Shown here: positions 58,933 through 64,000 of the stretch, one piece after another
Layout: every line of letters starts with the position of its first letter
How positions within the stretch are numbered: the stretch's first letter is position 1
Assembly (NCBI GenBank): GCA_045863295.1
Contig: BTWA01000002.1
Span: 70,399 to 134,398, forward strand
Length of the DNA: 64,000 bases
Direction of reading: 5' to 3'
Source: Candidatus Hydrogenedentota bacterium
Lineage (GTDB): Bacteria; Hydrogenedentota; Hydrogenedentia; Hydrogenedentales; SLHB01
Program-made: the position numbers and the translations under genes
Notes under the pieces: generated by a model
What the model was told of the DNA's origin: nothing
Database searches by the model: none
Seen by the model: only the letters and a program-made list of their open reading frames with translations

Positions 58933-59125
58933 ATTTTGGACTGCGGAAGCTTGCTTCCGCTTTTCCGAAGCGAGCTTGCTCGCGCGTGCGTGAGGTATAG
59001 CGTCACTGCTTCTGTCGAGACTCGCGCGCGTGTTTGGCGCGTACCCAATTCAATTGCTTTCCGGTGCTGAAACCGCAAGCAAGCTTGTTTGGCGAAGGCG
59101 AAAGCTTGCTTGCGCGGTCCAAAAT
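58933..59125. repeat. Inverted pair of TTGGACTGCG...AAGCTTGCTT-type REP elements (MITE-like)
   Basis: 58933-58984 is clearly similar to the reverse complement of 59074-59125. Confidence 0.7.
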
Positions 59126-59128
59126 AGG

Positions 59129-60658
59129 TTACCCCAGCAACTCCGCACCGCGTTTAAAACCCGGCGCGAGGGCTTTATAGGCCGCCTGATATTCACGAAA
59201 CCAACGGGTGTACACCGCCGATCGCGCGGCATCGGGTTCGCACGAGTCCACGACGCGAATCGTGGCCGCACACGCTTCCGGGACACTCCCGTACATTCCC
59301 GTGGCCACCGTTGCAAGCAACGCCGCGCCGTACGCCGGGCCTTCGTCGACATTGATCGTTACCAGCGGCGTCTCGTTCACATCGGCCTGCATCTGCCGCC
59401 ACATCGCGCTCTTCGCGCCGCCGCCCGAGGCGCGCACCTGCGTAATGGCCACGCCCATGTCGCGCATGATTTCCAAACTGTCCCGCATGGCGTACGACAC
59501 GCCTTCCAACACCGCGCGCGCCATGTGCGCCTTGGTGTGTTTCAGCGAAAGGCCGATAAACGCGCCCTTGGCATACGGGTCTTTGTGGGGTGTGCGCTCG
59601 CCGGAAAGGTACGGCAGGAAAAGCAATCCCTCGCTGCCCGGCGCGATGGCATCCGCGTCTCCGGTGATATATTCGTAGGGATCACGGCCTTCGGCCTTCC
59701 CTTTCTGAATCTCTTCATTGCACAGCGCGTCGCGGAACCAGCGCAACGATCCGCCCGCACTGAGCACCACGCCCATCACGTGCCACTTGCCGGGCACGGA
59801 ATGACAAAAAGTATGTACACGCCCCTGGGGATCGAGACTCACCTCATCGGCGAAAGCAAACACCACGCCGCTGGTGCCAACCGTCGCCGAGATCACGCCG
59901 GTGTCCACAATACCGCAACCCACACCGCCGGCCGCCTGATCGCCGCCGCCCGCGACCACGGGTATGCCCGCGGGCAACCCCGTCTTCTTCGCCGCTTCCG
60001 GGGTCAGGGTGCCGGTAATCTCCGTACCCTCAAACGCGCGGGGCATCCACTCCGCCGGAATGTCGAGTAGGCCGAGGAGTTCCTTGTGCCAGATTCGATT
60101 CTTCACATCGAAAAGCAGCGTGCCCGAGGAATCGGCCACGTCGCTGGCGTACTCGCCCGTGAGACGCAGCCGCACATAATCCTTCGGAAGCAGAACCTTC
60201 CTCACCTTTGCATAGTTGGCAGGTTCATTGTCGCGCAGCCATAGAATCTTCGGCGCGGTAAACCCGGTAAGCGCAGGGTTGCACACCATCTCAATCAGAC
60301 GCGGCTCGCCCACCCTCGCGGTGATGTCGTCGCACTGTTTCGCCGTTCGCTGATCGCACCAGAGCAACGCCGGTCGGATGACGTTGTCCCCGGAGTCCAG
60401 GAACACCGATCCGTGCATCTGGCCCGTGAGGCCGATGCCTTTGACCTCCGCCGCGTGAGAACCGAGCCGTGCCGCCAATTGCGAAAGGGCCTCGAAAGCC
60501 GCACGTTCCCAGTCTGCCGGGTCCTGTTCCGCCCAGCCGGGCTTCGGCGTATGCAGCGGATACTCGATCAGTGCCGACGCCACCACCTCGCCCTTCGCGT
60601 TGATGGCAACAGCCTTCGTCCCGCTCGTGCCGACATCCACCCCGATAACGATGCTCAT
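59129..60658 (-). CDS. xylB: Xylulokinase (FGGY family)
   Basis: GVDVGTSG.K, GQMHG, LWCDQR, GGGDQAAG, GTSG, PYLSGERTP, GGGAKS. Confidence 0.92.
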   Translation of the reverse strand: MSIVIGVDVGTSGTKAVAINAKGEVVASALIEYPLHTPKPGWAEQDPADWERAAFEALSQLAARLGSHAAEVKGIGLTGQMHGSVFLDSGDNVIRPALLWCDQRTAKQCDDITARVGEPRLIEMVCNPALTGFTAPKILWLRDNEPANYAKVRKVLLPKDYVRLRLTGEYASDVADSSGTLLFDVKNRIWHKELLGLLDIPAEWMPRAFEGTEITGTLTPEAAKKTGLPAGIPVVAGGGDQAAGGVGCGIVDTGVISATVGTSGVVFAFADEVSLDPQGRVHTFCHSVPGKWHVMGVVLSAGGSLRWFRDALCNEEIQKGKAEGRDPYEYITGDADAIAPGSEGLLFLPYLSGERTPHKDPYAKGAFIGLSLKHTKAHMARAVLEGVSYAMRDSLEIMRDMGVAITQVRASGGGAKSAMWRQMQADVNETPLVTINVDEGPAYGAALLATVATGMYGSVPEACAATIRVVDSCEPDAARSAVYTRWFREYQAAYKALAPGFKRGAELLG

Positions 60659-60712
60659 GCGTCCAAATCCTTCCCCGTGCCGTATTCGATGGCGCCGATT
60701 GCGATATGCGGA

Positions 60713-60899
60713 TTGCGCCGCCCTTTCAGGGCTTGGCTTTTTGACATCCCATTACCCAGGGCGTTGCCCTGGGCTGTCATCCGCTGGCCCTTAGGGCCGA
60801 ATAACCAAGAAGTGAAACATCCAATTGGTGACTGCGCCCGCGCGTGCAACGCCACCCAAATACAACACCAAGCACGCCTAATGGGGCTTGCCAGTAAGC
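60713..60899 (+). repeat. ~187-bp direct repeat, copy 1 (contains a three-palindrome REP unit)
   Basis: Nearly identical to 61635-61822. Confidence 0.9.
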
Positions 60900-61172
60900 A
60901 TGACCATGTACGCGCTTATTAGGCTAGCTCATAGCATAGCCCCTCCAGATAAGGGCTAGGCTCTTGTCTTGTCTCTTTCTTAGGGCGTTGCCTTGGGCCG
61001 TTTTGCACTGCCCTTCAGGCCGAAGTCGCCGACGCTATCGCCGGAAGAAAATCCAGTCTCAACCGTCCTGTCTTCCGGCCTGAAAGGCCATGGGATGATA
61101 GCCCAGGGCAACGCCCTGGGTTATAGGCCGAACAAAAGGCCAAGCCCTGTAAGGGCGGCGCAAAGGTCAGTC

Positions 61173-61619
61173 CTATACGTATCGTTCATCATATTCTACT
61201 TTATAGCGTTTGAGAAACGCGCGAAATTCCTCTTGAAATGTTCTCTTCCGGTGATGTTCTTCCTGGTTGCCGATGTACGTGCGTACGGTGGCCACTTGTG
61301 ACTGCCCGATTGAGAAAGCGCCGTAGCCACTTTGCCATTGAAACCTGGCAAGCGAGGCATGCTGGGTCTTGATCCAGCGAGATGACCCCTTCTTCACGTC
61401 TTCAATTACGTTACACAGAGCCCTGTTCTTCGAGAGGCAGAAAAGGGCATGAACATGATCTTCGGTGCCGCCTATCGTCAGTACAGGACAATCGAGATCG
61501 CGAAAAATGCCCGCCTGATATTCGAAAAGACTGGGGCGCACGCCGGCAAATAGAAACGGTTTGCGATCCTTTGTGCTGTAGATAAGATGAATGAGATTCA
61601 TTGCCAGCGATTGCGACAT
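61173..61619 (-). CDS. tnpA: IS200/IS605-family Y1 transposase (REP-associated type)
   Basis: HLIYSTKDR, GGTEDHVH (HUH), KKGSSRW, WQSGYGAFS, YIGNQEEHH. Confidence 0.92.
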   Translation of the reverse strand: MSQSLAMNLIHLIYSTKDRKPFLFAGVRPSLFEYQAGIFRDLDCPVLTIGGTEDHVHALFCLSKNRALCNVIEDVKKGSSRWIKTQHASLARFQWQSGYGAFSIGQSQVATVRTYIGNQEEHHRKRTFQEEFRAFLKRYKVEYDERYV

Positions 61620-61634
61620 GAATGAAAATCCTTT

Positions 61635-61822
61635 TTGCGCCGCCCTTTCAGGGCCCGGTTTTTATTACATCTCATTACCCAGGGCGTTGCCCTGGGCTGT
61701 CATCCGCTGGCCCTTACGGCCGAATAACCAAGAAGTGAAATATCCAATTGGTGACTGCGCCCGCGCGTGCAACGCCACCCAAATACAACACCAAGCACGC
61801 CTAATGGGGCTTGCCAGTAAGC
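61635..61822 (+). repeat. ~188-bp direct repeat, copy 2
   Basis: Nearly identical to 60713-60899. Confidence 0.9.
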
Positions 61823-61869
61823 GTCGCCCCTTCAAATCCTTCCCCGTGTCACACACCGCGTAGCGCCGA

Positions 61870-62082
61870 TCACGACACCCATTTCAATTTCTTTTTCTGG
61901 GTTGCGCAATCCCTCAGATACATATTAATCAGGTTCTGATAGGGCATGCCCAAATCGTCCGCAAGCTCTTTGAAATATGCAATAGTCTGCTTATCAAGAC
62001 GAATCGTTATGGGTTGCTTCAAATGCTTGACGTAGGGATTGCGCTCGCCTTCCATTGAGTCAAAGTCGTAATGTTTTCTCAT
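61870..62082 (-). CDS. brnA: BrnA/CopG-like antitoxin
   Basis: YDF....NPY...KQPITIRLD...YFK......MPYQNLIN.YL. Confidence 0.85.
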   Translation of the reverse strand: MRKHYDFDSMEGERNPYVKHLKQPITIRLDKQTIAYFKELADDLGMPYQNLINMYLRDCATQKKKLKWVS

Positions 62083-62085
62083 GGT

Positions 62086-62376
62086 TCACCTCCTGCGCCA
62101 GTAAGCCGCTTCTTCCTTGGCATTTGCCTTCCGCGCCGAAATGATTCGTATCTTGGTTTCGTTCTCGCGATAACAGTGGCAAACTAGAACAACCCTCAGT
62201 TGAAAACTGAGACCCAGCATGATGAAGCGGTCTTCTTCGCCCGAGTGATCCACATCGAAGAAACGAACGGCGAATTCGTCGAAGAATACCGTGCGCGCTT
62301 CTTCAAAGGACACGCCATGTTTTCGTTTGTTCGACTTTTCCTTTGTTCTGTCCCACTCAAACTGGATGTCCGCCAT
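62086..62376 (-). CDS. brnT: BrnT family toxin
   Basis: FEWD..K...N.RKHGVSFEEA..VF.D, E.R...LG, IRIISARKA. Confidence 0.92.
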   Translation of the reverse strand: MADIQFEWDRTKEKSNKRKHGVSFEEARTVFFDEFAVRFFDVDHSGEEDRFIMLGLSFQLRVVLVCHCYRENETKIRIISARKANAKEEAAYWRRR

Positions 62377-62411
62377 ATGTACATTGTACATATGGAAAAA
62401 GTGATTGGCAA
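62373..62411 (-). promoter_or_regulatory. brnTA promoter (TTGCCA-17-TACAAT) with overlapping palindromic operator
   Basis: CCATATGTACA-T-TGTACATATGG at 62373-62395 covers the -10 box and the start codon. Confidence 0.7.
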
Positions 62412-62622
62412 GATATTGACCGGTGTCGCGTCGCCCCTTCGGTCGATAGGTGAATGTGTCTGGTCGGGTTTCGGCCTGTCATTCGCCGCTTCGATTGTAT
62501 TTGCCTGTTACGCATCCTCCACGGATCTACGCGATCGGAAGGATAAGAGCACCAATCTCCGAGGTTTCCACAGGCCGCGAGCACGACTGGGAATCCTGCT
62601 ACGGAAGCAACGCCCAACAAGC

Positions 62623-62658
62623 AAAAAGCGGGGTCAAGGCCGTTGGCCTCAACCCCGC
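62623..62658 (-). terminator. Rho-independent terminator after rpsU
   Basis: GCGGGGT...ACCCCGC stem followed by TTTTT on the minus strand. Confidence 0.75.
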
Positions 62659-62691
62659 CGCATGTGCTCGATGAAAGCGCCGGCGCCCGGA

Positions 62692-62874
62692 TCAGTCGTG
62701 CGACGCGTTGCGGGCAATGGCCTTGGCCAATTTGCGCCGCCTCTTGTCACTGGGCTTTTCGTAGTGCTTCATTTCTTTCAGCCTCTGCATGAGGCCTTCC
62801 TTGTTGCACTTCTTCTTGAACCGTTTCAGCGCTTTTTCGAAAGGCTCATCGGGTTTAACGCGAACCTTCGTCAC
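62692..62874 (-). CDS. rpsU: 30S ribosomal protein S21
   Basis: V.V...EPFEKALKRFKKKC..EG......HYEKPS..RRRK; RBS GGAGG. Confidence 0.95.
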   Translation of the reverse strand: MTKVRVKPDEPFEKALKRFKKKCNKEGLMQRLKEMKHYEKPSDKRRRKLAKAIARNASHD

Positions 62875-63010
62875 GCAGATTCAACCTCCCCTCTGTAGAA
62901 AGATATACACCCCGGGAACACCGGGGGAGAGACACGGCAAAAACGAGAGGACCGGCTCCCCATTGGAGACGCTCCTCACTCTTGCCTGGACATACCGCTG
63001 GCAACCTGAG

Positions 63011-63039
63011 ATTGTAGCATGTGACGGGCCGGATGTCAA
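63011..63039 (-). promoter_or_regulatory. Sigma70 promoter of rpsU (TTGACA-17-TACAAT, with extended -10 TG)
   Basis: Near-perfect consensus on the minus strand. Confidence 0.8.
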
Positions 63040-63165
63040 TGAAATCCGCAATCCCCGCAAAGGAAATCGGCAAGTCCCACTTGGACTACCCAAAAAACCA
63101 AACCCAACCCGATTCCACCGGCAATGCGCATTGATCCCCAACGAAACCGCTGCACATACTCTTCG

Positions 63166-63489
63166 CTAAAATCCCGGCACCGTGCGACTTGTAGACAGTG
63201 CATTCCGTATCCAGCGAACGATCAGTCCGCCAACGATGGAAGCGGGAAATGTAATTGTGCATGTGATGGCGAAGGACTTGATAATGAGAACTAGCGAACT
63301 CATACCCGTCCAGCCCAGGCCTTCCGTGGAAACAACCAAAACCATCGCCCCAGCAACCCAAACAATGGCGCCCGCTAGACCACCGACAACGCTTGCCTTC
63401 CAGAATCGCGGCTCCTTGCGATGTGTCACGATGCCACTGGCGACGCCAACGGCCATCATTATGGAAGCGGGCACAGCTACGCTTGGCAT
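63166..63489 (-). CDS. Small hypothetical membrane protein (3 TM)
   Basis: Hydrophobic ORF with RBS GAAGGGGAGG upstream of ATG 63489. Confidence 0.5.
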   Translation of the reverse strand: MPSVAVPASIMMAVGVASGIVTHRKEPRFWKASVVGGLAGAIVWVAGAMVLVVSTEGLGWTGMSSLVLIIKSFAITCTITFPASIVGGLIVRWIRNALSTSRTVPGF

Positions 63490-63945
63490 GTTCTGTCCCT
63501 CCCCTTCTTTGCACGAGGCTATTGTACACCCGAATTCGTTAGCGCTGCTCAATAAAGTAGACCGTGAAACTGCAATTCCGTTTGTCTGAGGCAGTAGCCA
63601 TCCTTACGTCTTTGTTTCGTTCAACAGCTTCGTGTTTTTGCTCAGGTACGAAACGTGGGCTGGCCTCGTTGCATGGTGGCGCTGGACCAACGAAAGATGG
63701 CCATCGCACAAATCGTGGCTGTTGACTGGAACCCACCGCATAGAGCGAAATTGGGTACTCAGGAATCTATATAGGCAAATAATCCCCTGATTTCGACGTC
63801 TATCCCGGATATTTCACGACTTTGTCCAATTGACTGTGTTAACAACAGATCCACCGCACCATTGTCGAATGCGATGCAAGTACAGTGTGCACGTGAAATA
63901 TCCTCAGCGATTCAGGCCCAGACTATTCTGCGTGAGCATTTTGCA

Positions 63946-64000
63946 CCACGAAGACTGTACTTCAGTCTTCCACGAAGACTGTACTTCAGTCTTCCACGAA
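63946..64000. repeat. 24-bp tandem repeat CCACGAAGACTGTACTTCAGTCTT (2 full copies + partial, runs off the window)
   Basis: Exact copies at 63946-63969, 63970-63993 and from 63994. Confidence 0.9.

Larger units (their letters stand above)
60713..61822. mobile_element. IS200/IS605-like Y1 (RAYT) locus with REP units
   Basis: Transposase flanked by four units built from GCCCTTTCAGGGC / CCCAGGGCGTTGCCCTGGG / GGCCCTTAGGGCC palindromes. Confidence 0.75.

Noticed and set aside
60655..60855. Small ORFs within the 187-bp repeats (60655-60855, 61665-61856, 60993-61301)
   Set aside because: Translations of palindromic REP sequence (AQGNALG); unlikely to be coding.
63946..64000. CRISPR array
   Set aside because: Repeats are directly adjacent with no spacers, and there are no cas genes in the window.

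Overview
GC-rich bacterial chromosomal window with about 50 mostly housekeeping or accessory genes. The gene style (H-X9-DG prepilin-like protein, carboxypeptidase-regulatory-domain proteins, CehA/McbA-like hydrolase, long-form GlyA) suggests Candidatus Hydrogenedentes or a PVC-like lineage; this is inference. Recognisable genes: asnB-like (partial), metH, hicAB, 2Fe-2S ferredoxin, copA, rnhB, an NtrC-family regulator, glyA, queE-queD-queF-phhB, a sugar/AI-2-type ABC transporter, tRNA-Pro(CGG), fumC, metG, rpsD, wecE/rffA, rluD, xylB, an IS200-like/RAYT transposase with REP arrays, brnTA and rpsU. Most notable: (1) an intact-looking phage terminase large subunit standing alone among housekeeping genes, with no other phage gene in the 64 kb, which may be a domesticated or dispersed GTA-like packaging function; (2) a consensus sigma54 promoter with phased upstream repeats that reads into a perfect 16-bp hairpin about 30 nt after the predicted start site, predicting an unannotated ~70-nt sRNA or attenuator before glyA; (3) a RAYT/REP locus bracketed by nested direct repeats, whose transposase carries a probable TGG>TAG change at its C-terminus; (4) structured leaders before rpsU, rpsD and a 60-aa membrane peptide; (5) a que operon without queC that has a tandem QueD and an unknown Cys-rich gene. 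All calls come from reading the sequence by eye; no database searches were run.
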